Origin: Lama guanicoe
Lineage: Eukaryota
Length of the DNA: 64,000 bases
Assembly: GCA_013239625.1 (NCBI GenBank)
Contig: MU054187.1
Coordinates: 3,297,757-3,361,756 of the forward strand
Reading direction: 5' to 3'
The translations under genes and the position numbers were made by a program. Shown here one piece after another: positions 24,881 through 37,195 of this stretch. Positions within the stretch are counted from its first letter, which is position 1; every line of letters begins with the position of its first letter. The notes below the pieces were generated by a model. It did not search any database. It was not told the origin of the DNA and was given only the letters and a program-made list of their open reading frames with translations.

Positions 24881-27800
24881 CAGGGATAACGGCGCGGCCG
24901 GTGGGGGGGCTGCAGTGGGGAGGTGCGGGCGGCTTAGGGACACCGCGGCCGTAACGCACCAAGCAAGGAATCTGACTCTCCCTGGTGACGGAATAAAAGC
25001 GAAACTTTTTCTTCAAAGGTCTAGGAGGACCTTTTTTTTAATTATCAGCTTTTTAATGAGAAAATTAACTCCTTTCACACAAACATCGAGAAGCTTCATC
25101 TAGAACGACAATTTTCTTCTTCACCAAACTGAATTTTTCTGAATAACCATTAAAGGTGCAGGGAAGCCGGGCTGCTTCTGCCGCCTGAAGCGGCTGCACA
25201 CCGGACCCCCCGCTGCGTGTGTGGCCCCCGGTTCGGTGCCCTGAAAGCCACTAGCAGGAGGGACATTTTTAATAGATATTATTGAGATTAGACCTTGTGT
25301 GGTTCACCGTGAGATTCTTTCTCATCCCTAAGATGACCCCTCACTCTTTACAACCCAATAAAAGAATCGAAAGCCTTATTTCTTCCTGGAACTCCTGAGT
25401 TGATTTGTTTTCAGATTATAAATATATTTTAAATATTTCAGAGAAGCATTTGTCTACATAAGGGCTTCTGCCGTACACAGAGATCCACCTGTACTTACAC
25501 GGGCACCGATGTGAGTACGGCTCCAGGACAGAGGTGATGGTGAGGGAACAACCACTGAGAACGTCCCATGCAACTTCCTGCCAAAGTAACACGTTTTCTC
25601 TTAAATATTGAGTCCCTGTAAGAACCAGTGCTAAGTAGTATGATTTGTCATTTTTGCATCAGGGAGGTAATATTGCAAAGTAGGAACTCACCCACGCAAC
25701 TCTGCTGACAATGCAGAAAACGTTTTAAGGATGTGACTTTATGAGGGAAGTTGCTGTACATAAATATTACCAGTGGCCCCTTATTTAATAACTGTATTCC
25801 TTGGCAAAAAAAAATGCATGCTCTTAAACATATCAAATAGGGTTTCAGAAGGTTTCCTAGATAAGTGGTTTAAGATCGTGGGGTGCCTGGAGCTGGCATA
25901 ACGTACACACCCAGCATAATCTCTTCTGGATTCTAAAATCTTGTTGCCAGTGGTATATCAAAGGCTTAACATTTCAGCCTGGCTAAACATTTCTAATGCA
26001 TGGTATTAAGCATTCTGAAGCATGAATTTAACCTCAGCAATTACCTGACAATGTTGCTACATCGACTTAAGATAAGTATCGTTTTGTTTTTGTTGTTTTG
26101 GTTTTGGGTTTTTTTTTAAGAGTCAAAATACAAGAGTAGTGAGTCAAAATAATTTGGACTTCTCTGGCTTTTTTTTTTTTTCCAGTTCCTAGCAACAATA
26201 CCATTGCAACCAAAAGTGCAGCAGAATATCCCTGTTGCTGTGAAGGGAAATATCCATGCCCTTCCTTTGGTTTTGCACAAGAAAGCTGAGGTTGACTGGC
26301 CAAGGTGCGAGCCTTAGAGATAAGGTGAAATGAGGTAGCTTTTCAGGCGGATCGGCTAGGATGGGAGGAGGTCGGTGGGCAGAATATGTCATTTCACCAC
26401 AAAGGTACAAAACAGAATCTAAAAAAAGGTTAGAGTTGGATAATTCTTCCAAATGGTAGAATCTGAATTCTAGATTTAAAAAAAAAAAGTGGAGACAAGT
26501 TGTTATTCGATATAAACTATGTATCTAATCCCTGAGGAAAAGGAAATTTGAATGCCCCATCCCTTTTAACCTTTTTAAGACTTTCCAGCCCACGTGAAAC
26601 TCTCCAGAGTCCTCCCTGAAAATAAGAGACTCTTTTCAAAAAACTAGTTTTTAGCAAAGATAAACGTGATCACTGCTGTGGACCAGTCATCACGCAGCCA
26701 TCATTCGTGTGATGCTTTTTCAATGCAGTTGTCGGCTTCCCAGTTAACATTCCATCCCATAAACAAGCAGCAGAAAATACATGAAAAATCCTGTTTAGCT
26801 CGTGTCTCTGAGCTGAGCTCGTGAATATCCATTCACATCCTTGGCATGTTACCGTCACAAAACTCCTTTCCACCAATGAGCCAGACGTCTCCTCCCGCTT
26901 CGAAACCAAATGGTACATTGAATTTAGGGCTAGAGACAAAAACATCGTAAAAGCAAGAGCAAAATCATCCTTCCTATTCATTTTCCTCAGTTTTCACAGA
27001 ATTCTTCAGAAAGTTTAGATCAAAAGTTTCCAGCAATGATAACGAAATGCCTTTTTACATGATCGCTTCCATGCAGAAACAGTGAAAGCTCGAATTATAA
27101 AACTTCATCTGTACTGACATCCTATCTAGCAGATTGGAAACACATACCACCACCACTAATGGTTTGGTTTAATTAATAATATCCGTAAAACATAGAAGCA
27201 TTTTGCTCAGCATTAAACCGTTGCACAATATAAACCTGCTTCCAAGGGCAAGCATTTTTGCCATTGACATTTGTTCTTCATTCTCCAGTTCTTTTAAGTA
27301 AGTAAGTTTCACATCTAACTACCTCAGCTACTGTTTTATTTCAAAACATGAAATCATGCACTTTGTAACCAACCAGTTTTTCATTTAAAATTTCAAAAGG
27401 ATACTTGGTGCAAAGCAATTTTCAAAAAATTCATATCTGATGGAAGCAACCCAACTTAAGAGGTTGTGCTTCATTTTGTTTGTTTCTCAGTTCGATTTGG
27501 GGTGAAATCCTCGTTTCCACTCAACACCAAGAGAAGCTGCTCTCTATTTGCTTAATTTGCCTTAAGCATTCTGTGCTCCTCTCCCAGTTCAATTTTCTGT
27601 TGTTGTTGTTTTAAACTGACCTCTGAAAAGAAAATGAAACAGGTGGCAGGTGAACAGCCAGCCGAAGAGAATGGACCCATCCTTTCTCAGTCCCCTGTTG
27701 TCAACTCTCTGCATGACCTTCCGAGCGTGTGCAGTGGCCGTCCCCGTGCCCCTCGCCCCCGCGCCCGGTGCAGGAGTCAGGTCTGCGAGGCCCGTGCGTG

Positions 27801-28320
27801 TGTTCAGGGCACGGCGTAGACACTTCCCCGGTACAAGCACAGCGCCTGGACCCGAGTGATAACCTTGGCAGTCCCTCGTGCTTTTACTTTGTAAACACTG
27901 TACAAACGTATTTGGAATTTTATTTGAAATGAAGAATTAAATGAAGCTATTACATTTTTTTTCTTCCTGTAAATATATATATTCAAACTCCATGTATCCA
28001 AACTTTCCTTTAGCGTCCGGATCGTAAGAGTGTCTTTCTTGGCTGGCGGCCTCCGGCCCGGCCGGCCCCACCTGCTGTAGTGGAGAGCGCGGTGCGTGGA
28101 GTGTTTGGTGTGCCGCGGTACCACCCTCATCCTGGTCTGTTAAGTAAGTTGCAATTTGTGATGAAACGAAGTGGAAAGTAGTGCTTCATAATAAACCAAC
28201 TTCCTTGGTTACATGATTTTTCTTGTAAAACTTAAAAAAAAGAAAAGAAAACTTGAAATTTTATATATTTGGATTTTGTAGATTTTTTTTTATTTTATTG
28301 CAACACAAGGTACCAAAATC

Positions 28321-28330
28321 ATTAAATAAA
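28321..28330 (+). terminator. Distal polyadenylation signal (overlapping ATTAAA/AATAAA)
   Basis: ATTAAATAAA preceded by TGTA (28277-28280) and a long U-rich tract (28261-28300), followed by a GU/U-rich element (28361-28380). TE density rises soon afterwards. Confidence 0.7.
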
Positions 28331-29309
28331 GTACACTGTGGTCATTTTAACAGAAACCGAGTTCCTGCTTCTTTTTAAGTCTAGGAAGGGGGCAGGAGGA
28401 CCTCGCGGGTCTGAGACGGGAAGGTCACAGGCATAGACTGCAGACAACGTGCGTTAGACCCGAAACAAGCAGAGCTGAGTTCTGTCAATCCGAAATAAAG
28501 TTAAATTACATCACTTTCTGGGCCAGGTTTCACTTATTCATTGTACTTTTGAGAAGTGCTAAAGAATGTTCCCCTAGAACCACTGTGAAAACAAAGAGAT
28601 GTTTCAGGTCACAAAGAGGCTTAAAAATCTAAATAATTTGTTTAAACATAATGAAAGAAAACACTGTCAACGAACAATGGGACTTTTTAAAAAGACAAGG
28701 TTTCTAGGTGGTTTTTCTACAAAATGAGGGTTTGTGCTTTACATAATTTTTTTCTTAAAAATATTCCAATTTTTAAAGGAAATGTTCTATTTTCTATACA
28801 CTTAGGTGAGAGTCCTACAGGTTTATAGAAGCCTTTCCTTGTAAAATGTCAAAAAGGAGCTGCAGCAAAGCTCTGTGCAGAAACTGCTGTAGGTAACGAA
28901 TAGGAACGAATTAAAAACTGTTAGAAGGAACAAAGAAATGAAAAAAATGTCAAGAATTCACTTGTCTCTTTTTTAGAGCAATTTATTAGAGTTTTCTTGT
29001 TTCCTGACTTTAACATAGTAACACAGACTAAAAGTAAAAACATTTGAAGCCCACCGTTCTGAAGGACCTCCTCCCGGCCTTTTTGCAAGCATTTTTTTTT
29101 TTTTACACTGGGATTTTAATGAATATTTTAAAATATCACAACCATTTGATATGCATGATATTGGCATTATAAATTTGAATAAAACCCATTTTCTTCTTAA
29201 AAAATACAGTCTAGTGGGGAAATGAGTCCAGAGACACTCATTATTATATTCTTTGGCAGTAAAAGTGGAAGTAAAGATGTGCACAGACTCTTATGGGAGC
29301 ATCTGATAC

Positions 29310-29480
29310 CTCCTGCAGAGCTGGGGTGGGGCAGGGAGTTGCACCAGGGAAGGAGCCTGGGTCCCTGAGCAGGTGGATGGAGCAAGGTCCCCACCCCACC
29401 GGCTGACCCAAAATGGACACAAGCCAAGTACAAACTTCCACTGGGTTGAGCTACTGACATTTGGGGGTTGTTTCTTACTT
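29310..29480 (+). mobile_element. Old MLT1 (J/K/L-type) LTR 3' fragment
   Basis: gaaggagcctgggtccctga...aaacttccactgggttgagctactgacatttgggggttgtttcttact. Confidence 0.6.
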
Positions 29481-29759
29481 TCTGTCTTTTAAAGGAGCAT
29501 TCCATGGGCGAGTGATGTGCAAGTAGCTGAACCATCAGTATGATGAATTCAACTCTCCCTCTACCTGAGGTCCAAAATCAAGGAGGAAAAGAAATGGCTA
29601 CTTGTTTTTGCTTTTGTTGTTTTTGTTTTCATATTCTCTACAAGGAGTGGGTGTCGTTACTAACATCTGAAAACAAATGAAATTTATATTTAAAGGAGGA
29701 TTTTTTTTAAAGAAAGGAAAGCACATTCTACTCCTGAGTTAGAAAGTTGAATTCGGTAA

Positions 29760-30520
29760 GGGACGCAATTTGCTGCTGACTAATCCAGAAACACAGTGCA
29801 ACTCCAAACAGAGCCCCAAAGACATTTTGTAAAATGTGACAAAGTGATTATAAGGTTTATATGGATGAATAAAAACAGTAAAATAATCAAATGATTTGGT
29901 TTTAAATGAGTATTGATGCAGGTTTCCCTCCAAATCTATTACAAGTTGCAATAATCATAAGAGTGTACCTACCAGCACAAGAATACATTAGAAAGTTGAG
30001 AAACAGAATGTACATATTATATAAATGAATTTAATATATGATAAGTTAAAATCAGTTGAAAAAGAATGGCTTCTTCAGTAGATGGCCTTAGGACTGCCAG
30101 CTCACACCAGGGACACTTCCTTCCCCAAAGTCAGATCAAATAGATTAAAGACATAATTACAGAAAAGCACAGCTACAAAACCAGTATATTAATATTACCT
30201 GCGGGAGGAAATATTTTCTAAGTTTTATTCCAAATGAAAGAGGGATTATAATCGAAAAGAAAGCAGCCTAAAGAGATATAGATGAATAGATGACAGATTG
30301 ATGATATCCATGACTTTCCTTCAAGGAGAAATACAAATGTCCAAAAACAAGTGCAGAAAAAAGTTGAACCAACTAGACCGGACAAATATCCTACGATGTC
30401 TGTACAGTGATGCTCTCACAGGGGAAAATCGAAAATAACCGAAAGCCAAACTATCAGAAATAAAATTAACTATGGTACATTCTTACAATGAGACACCCTG
30501 TGACAACCAACAATGATAAA
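29760..30520 (+). mobile_element. Highly decayed old L1 (L1M/L1ME) ORF2 3' region
   Basis: A-rich; tataaatgaatttaatatatgataag...aaatagattaaagac...aaattaactatggtacatt motifs. Confidence 0.55.
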
Positions 30521-32468
30521 TACTCCTTTAAAAGTGTCTTCTTTGTACTAAATAACAATCTAATTGCTAAAACTTCAATTTGAGATTAAAGAACAAAGAA
30601 ACGAGAGTCTTGGGAAAGCACAGGCAAGAGGCAGGTGCACAGCAGAGCCCCGGAAGCTGGTCTGAGGACACAGGAGGGAGGGAGCCGGCTGTACCGAGGA
30701 GGCAGCTCCCCGACGGCCGTCTCATCTGACACACCAGTTGATGAGTGAGTGTGAAACTGGCAACTATGCTAGGTGCAAATTGAATTTATTTGACAGATTT
30801 GGGGAAATGTTGGAGCCACAGAGGGGAGCAATTGAAAGTTTCTCTGAAAGATTTGTACATGGAGCTGGTTCACAGAAAGTGACTGGGTCAGTCAGACTTT
30901 TCCCAAAGCCTGCGTTTTGTTGGACAACTGAAGTGCAGACTGAAAAAGGTGATGAGAAATGGCCACCTTGAACGTGGATGCAGGAACCCTGGACTGCTGA
31001 GGGGGGCTTGCAAAGGCACCACCTGTGGTTACTGGCCCGTGCCAAAAGCATCACAGTGCCCACACCATGCACAGCTTCTCGGCTGCGTAAGAGCATTGAA
31101 AGCCAACGATCGCCTAGCAATTCTGCTGAGCCAGTGCTGTCTCTAGAGTGCTCCTACTCACCTCCAGCCAATTCCCTTACCTTGTCTCTTTCACATAATT
31201 CACGCCCTTTCTATCTCACAGACAAAATGATGGACATAAACTCTGGCTCTCCCAAAAATCCAAATCGACTGTATTTACTACCACCCTCACCGCTGCCTCC
31301 AAGAGACGTTGCTGCGTCTTTCGCCAGGGCTTGCCTTCCACCTGTGTTTAATTGCATTACTTTTCATTTATAGGCCATCACTCCATTTACTCTCCCCCAA
31401 CTTTCTTATCTTTTCTGAGACTGTTTTCATTCTGTAGCATTGAAATCATCCAGGACAAAACCCAAAACCCAGACGTTTGCCCCTCCCTCCCTCTCCCGCG
31501 ACTCTGCCTCCTGTCTCCTCCTTGGTGCTGTGTTCCATTCTTCTTGAACGAAGGATTTATCAATTTAACATGATGCATTCAAAAGCAGAACAATAAAAGT
31601 GTAAATTACTTCAGAGGAAGGACCATTTCATGTTTTGGTTTTGATTGAATGAATGCATGAACGTTGCCAGAGACAAATCCGTTACATTCTTGGCACCTAA
31701 CTGTTCTGATGGAAAAGATGGTGGTTACGGCAAAGGGAGAGATACTGTACAGAAACCAGCCAGCACAGTGGCTGAGACAATGGACAGGACTCCATGAGAG
31801 GTGCCACTGCTACCGAATGAAAACAGAAGTTAGCTGCCAGTTCCCAAGTTCAGCGGTCTTTTTGCTCCTCCTGCTACTGGAATCTCCCAGCTGCGTTTGA
31901 CACTGTTGGACGTTACCTTCTGGAAACTTACAGGTTTGATTTCCCCACTGAGTCTTTCCCGTCCTCCTCTGTCCCCTCTTGCCTCTCTCCTGTGGCTCCC
32001 CTCCTCCTCTCACACTTGCCCGTGGGGATTCTTCATGTTCCTGGAGCTCCCAATGCGTCCCGTCCCTCTGCCTGCAGAACACCTGTCCTCAGAATTGTCC
32101 ATTTTCTCAGCCTCTCCCCAACAAGCGCTTCAGCACTGCCACATCAGGGGCCACTTCAGTGTCTCGTGAGCACCGCGTGCCCAGGGCATCGCAGAGGGCC
32201 AGGCACATGAGATGCGTGGAAACTTCATCCCCCTTTTGCTGAGTCACTTTTTATTTTAATCCCGTTTGGGGGAAGATAATGAGATCATGAAAGCACAGAC
32301 GGAGTGATGAGCGTTTAAGTGCCCACTAATAACAAATGGAGTCTTGTTGTAACTCTATCTTGGGAACATGGACGGAACACGTCCCCAACCCTGGACCCGT
32401 CTGAAGTTCAGAAAGCGTGGGGAGGAGGGTGAGGGTGGCCTCAGATATGCTCACTGGGGCTGGGTATT

Positions 32469-32842
32469 TGCCCCTCGTCAGTTCCGGCTGCTGTAATAAA
32501 GCCCGGGTGGCTTCGACAGCAGGCGTGGATTTCTCACAGTTCGGGAGGCTGGGGAGCCCCGGGTGCCAGCACTTTCGGTTCCTGGTGAGAAGCTACTTCT
32601 GCTCCCACGTGGCTGCCCTCCCACTGTGTTCCCACGTGGCCTTTCCTCAGTCAGGGGGAGAAAGACAGAGAGCCCTCCGGTCTCTCTTCACATGGGCTCT
32701 AATTCCATCGTGAGGACCCCACCCTCATGACCTTACCTAAAACTGATCACCTCCCCAGGTCCCTCACCTCCAAGCCCCACCCCAGTGGGGGTTAGGGCAT
32801 CGCCACGCGAACTTGGAGGGGGACGTAATTCAGTCCACAGCA
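32469..32842 (-). mobile_element. MLT1A/B-like MaLR solo LTR
   Basis: ggctgctgtaataaa...tttctcacagttcgggaggctgggg...ccccaccctcatgacct...aattcagtccacagca. Confidence 0.85.
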
Positions 32843-33579
32843 ATGTGTAGCAGCTTTCCATCCCAAAGTATGAAATTTTATTCTCTTTTAACTGAGCTTA
32901 ATTAAATACATAACATTTTTACAGATTTTTTTGGATGAATACTTCCTTAGGGGCCTTGCAATCATGGGCAGTTGCTAAAAAACTAAAGTCTTTGTTAATT
33001 TCTGAGATAATGAATTCAATTGTTAAACTTGCCTTTAACAAGAAAAGAAATTTCGGGCAGTTACGAAGTGATGAAGTCTTTGCCAAAAGCAACTGATTTA
33101 AAAAAAAAAAGCAGGTGAAAGAATGCATTGGAAGCGTCATTACAGGTGTGGGTTCTGTGTTCTGGAGTCGCTGACCCACGCGGATGTTTTTTCTCTGCTT
33201 TTCTCCCTTCCCAGAACATACTTAGTTCAGTATGTCGTCAATGTAATGCAGCCACACGTGGCAAAGAGCAGTTCTTTTATTCTGTGTGTAAGTTGAGTCT
33301 ACAATTATTTTAAATAGGAAGAAGATACTCGAGGACCCTTTGAACAATACATTCAAACCGGACTTCGAGGAGATGGATGAGGATTCTTGCCATTCTTCAT
33401 GAGAAGCAGAGTTGGAAGAAATGCCAGGGAGATGTCAGCGCAGGAGCAGGGGCCAGGAAGCCACCAGGATGTGCTATGGTGATTTCAATGATGAAAGGTA
33501 TGGAGGGGAGTTTCAGAAGCAAACCTCCACAGCCTTCCGTGGGAGGAGGCCCAGGACAGCAGCACGGCCTCCTCCTGAG

Positions 33580-34630
33580 GACAGCCGGTCCCGCGGGGAG
33601 GCAGCGCCTGCCGGCTTCCTCCCTGTCTGAACCAAACTCCCTCCCCTTGGCTGCGAAATGCCCCGCGGCCGCGTGGCAGAGGACGCTGGCATGTCGTGCG
33701 GTCACCGCAAGGTGGGGGGCCTGCCTTGAACTTGGTACTTTCAAACAATTAATTACATGCGTTGATTCAGAGGTAAAAGAGCCCCGGGGAAGAGAGTCGT
33801 CTAACTAAATGCAGGAAAATCAAATCCGAGTAAATGAAAGCGCCTCGCAGCGGCTTCCCGCGGCAACCGGGCGGCCTGTCCCGCCTCTCCTGCCGCCAAG
33901 GCGTGGGGTCGGCGCGCCCGCAGGCGGGCCCAGGGGCGCACGGGGTCCGGGCGGCCGCCAGACGGCGTCCAGCATTACTCAGGCTGGAGCTTTCCCCTTT
34001 GGCCCCGGAGGCTGGGCCGTGCGAGTCTCGCAGAAGAAAGTCAAAGCTCGTAGAGAAGCAGAGAAGTGACGAGCGCGTTCTGTCACGTCCCCTCCCGCGG
34101 CGAATTCCAAAGGTGCCACGTTTACCTCTTGCCGGTCACGCGGGCCCAGGGCGCGTCGGGGACGCACTAAAGTAAGACGCGTGTTCCTGTCCTCCGCGGC
34201 CTCTTTCTGGATCCGTCCGGGTGTTTTCATTTGCGCTTTCTCGTCGCGCTCCCCGGGGCGCCGGGATCCCGGCGACCAGTCCTGAGCATCCAGGCTCCCG
34301 GACCTTCGGCGTCTCCCCGAGGCGCGGATCCGGAGCAGGCATCTTCCTGTCCTGCCCCGGACGGAGGCCCCCCGGCCCGAAGGCACCGCATCTCCCTCCC
34401 TCGCCAGGACGCGCGGGGCGCCGGCGGGACAGGTGCGCGGCGGGCTCTCGGCGCCCCGGGCGCACCGCGCACGCCGCCAGCCCCGGGCGGAAGGGCAGGG
34501 GCAGCCAGGCCCCGCGGCCTCGCGCGCCCCGCCGGCCTCCTCCGGGCTCCCCACCCCGACCGCCGGCGGCCAAGGGCTGCAGAGGGGGCCGGGCCGGAGG
34601 GCTGCGCCCGGTAAAACACTGGGCGCCCAG
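33580..34630. promoter_or_regulatory. CpG island with no associated gene visible in the window
   Basis: About 1 kb of very high GC with dense CpG/CGCG (core 33840-34610); the overlapping Pro/Arg/Gly/Ala ORFs reflect stop-codon depletion. Confidence 0.85.
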
Positions 34631-36517
34631 TGCAACTTCAATTTCAGGTCATCTGCGGTGCATCTCCTGCAGTATTGGGATATACTCATGCTAAAAAATG
34701 ATTCCGTGTTTACCTGAAATTCTACCTGAGCCTCCCTTCTTGTTTTCTGATTTTTGTCTATTTGTTTTCGCTAAATCTGACAACCCTAGCCCTGGGCGCC
34801 AGAGGCTGGGGGAGTGGGCGGTGCAGAAGGCACCCTGGGCGTGCAGGGAGGCCCGGGAGCCAGGGCTCCTCGCCTCTGACACATGATCCATTGTTCCATC
34901 CGATTTTATGTCCAAAACACAAATTCAAAGGTAAATTACTAAGAATGTCGAAATGGCGACCGCAGAGCCTTAAACACCAGGTGCAGGGCCTCTGAGTGTG
35001 GGTTCTGGACACTACCTGGTCGCAGGTCCAGGAAGCCTCCCGAGCGAGCCCAGAACTCTGGTCTAATCTAGTCTGAGTTGATTTCTGCTACTTGCTCACA
35101 AGAGGATTCTGATGAATACACCAAGATTTATATTTGTAAACCGAACGGCCAAGATTACGCATTTACAATGGCTGTGAAACTGGTAAGATATATGCTTCAT
35201 GACAGATTTTTATTTTCTGCTCTAGGGAAAATTTTTCTTCCTAAGTCACCTGGAACTGTGCTGTACTCAAGAAATACGGGGAAGTCTTACTTTTCCTTCT
35301 GTTTCAACCTCTATGCAGAGTATCAGTCTCCCTCTCATCTTGACAATAATAAATGTCATTATTAATGAGACCAAGCTTATTAAATTATATTCATATTACT
35401 TTCTTGAGAATTTTTTCATGTGATTTAAAGGGCTTTCTTCCTAGTCTCATCCGTCACAAATTATCTCTGAAGGCGATTTTCCCATTTTCATTTCACTCCC
35501 GAGTCCCAAGGGCACACCCGATTTGTGGCTGACATCGCTCTTGCACAAACTATAGATTCTGCTGAAATTTCATCTTGAGGAATCTGTGGTGGGAAAGAGC
35601 ATCGTCCCCCATAGTCCATCTATTCAGGGATAATTGCTAGGATCAAAAAAAGGAAAATATTTGGCTGTAGTTATTTATCAGCACAAACTTACAATATTAA
35701 GTGGCAAATTCTGCAGAGCCAAGGGGGATTTTCCCAGTTCACTGTCCAAGGGAATAACCTTATTGACTGTCTAATAATTGTCCTTCATGGCTTGTTTCCA
35801 TTTTTAAGATGGATTTCCAGACTGTTGAAATCAATATGTCCCCTTCCAATTTATAACAGAGTTCAGTTTGCTGACCCTGAACCTGACTGGTCCTGTGGTA
35901 ATAATGACAGAAGGGGGCAACTGGGATGGGAGGATGAGGGGGCGAGCTCTCCAGTTCCTTGATTTAATTCCCTGCAGCCTGAGGATTGATATTGAAATAA
36001 TAAAATAATGTCATGCATTCATAGAATTAATAAACCATCTCCAACAGATCTGACGGCTCTATTTTTAAGATTAGCAGAATTTGTGAAAAACAGGAAAACA
36101 ACAGATGTTTTCATTTGGAAGTTCGTTAGCCTATCAAATACAACAACTTTAAAAAATCTACTTGCAAGATTATGACATTAATTAATGATACCATCAATCA
36201 CAAAAAAGATACTAAAATGGCCATGGCTACAACACCGTAACAATTGGATGCCTCATTAATTAGAAGAAAAAAAATACTGCATTGTTTTGATACGTGATTG
36301 TTCAGGTTTTCACCAGAGAAGTCCACACCGTCCACGGCATCACCCTTCTTGAAGGTTCGCTGGTGTGTATGACCCTCTGTTCCTTCCCCCGCCTGGCTGG
36401 GCAACCTTACCAACTAAGTAATGTTCTCCCTCATTCATCAGCTGCACCCCCTGTGTCGGGAAGGGTTAACACAGGGCTGAGCAAGTCCAGTTTACATTAA
36501 AAAGGAGAGAAAGCCTG

Positions 36518-36876
36518 TGTCTTAATCAGCTGTGATGAAACACCACGGACTGTGTGGCTTAACCAGCAGACGTTCATTTCGCAGTTTCAGAGGCTGGGAT
36601 GCCCAACATCAGCGTGGACCTGCTCGGTCCCTGGTGAGAGCCCTCCTCTGTCTGCAGGTGCCACCTTCTCATCGTGTCCTCACGTGGGGGGAGAGGGAGA
36701 GGGCTGGTCTCTTCCTCTTCTTGCAAGGACACCACTCCCATTAGGGGGCTCCACCCTCATGACTTCATCTAATTGAATCACTTCCCAAAGGCTCCACCTC
36801 CCGGTACCATCACATGGGGGTTAACGTTTCAACATGTGAATTTTTAAGGAACTCTATGAATGTTCAGTTCATAACA
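36518..36876 (-). mobile_element. MLT1A-like MaLR solo LTR
   Basis: tgtcttaatc...ggactgtgtggcttaa...ggctccaccctcatgac...gttcagttcataaca. Confidence 0.85.
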
Positions 36877-37030
36877 AACAACCTGCAAATTAGAATAGGA
36901 CAGTTAAGTAAAATGTGTGGGTGTAAGTCACAAGTGAAATTAATGACTTTTTTAAAGAACAAAAATTTTAATTAATCGATCTGTATAGAATTCGTTCAGA
37001 TGAATATATTATATTAAAAAATATTAAGTA

Positions 37031-37195
37031 GGGGGTGGGTATAGCTCAGTGGTAAGGTGCATGCTTAGCAGGCACGAGGTCCTGAGTTCAAGCCTCTGAA
37101 TTTAATCCTCCATTAAAATAAACAAATAAATAAATAAACCTAATCACCCACCGCCAAAAATAAACAAAAACCCCTAAAAACAAAACAAAAAAAAA
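37031..37195 (+). mobile_element. tRNA-derived SINE (camelid vic-1-like)
   Basis: gggggtgggtatagctcagtggtaaggtgcatgcttagcaggcacgaggtcctgagttcaag, then aaataaataaacctaatcacc and an A-rich tail. Confidence 0.9.

Larger units (their letters stand above)
11602..28350 (+). other. XKR4: XKR4 3' UTR: short form to ~13140, putative long form to ~28350
   Basis: Follows the stop codon, is TE-poor, and has poly(A) signals at 13115 and 28321-28330. The long extent is inferred and agrees with my recollection that human XKR4 has a very long last exon. Confidence 0.65.

Noticed and set aside
28190..28499. Additional AATAAA hexamers at 28190 and 28494
   Set aside because: Their context is weaker than at 28321-28330; they could be minor sites but cannot be supported from sequence alone.
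33809..34717. Stack of 86-236 aa ORFs on both strands
   Set aside because: Low-complexity Pro/Arg/Gly/Ala products caused by stop depletion in a CpG island.
37031..37105. tRNA-like sequences (also 42876-42950 and 18815-18893)
   Set aside because: They are SINE heads with A-rich tails and degenerate stems, not tRNA genes.
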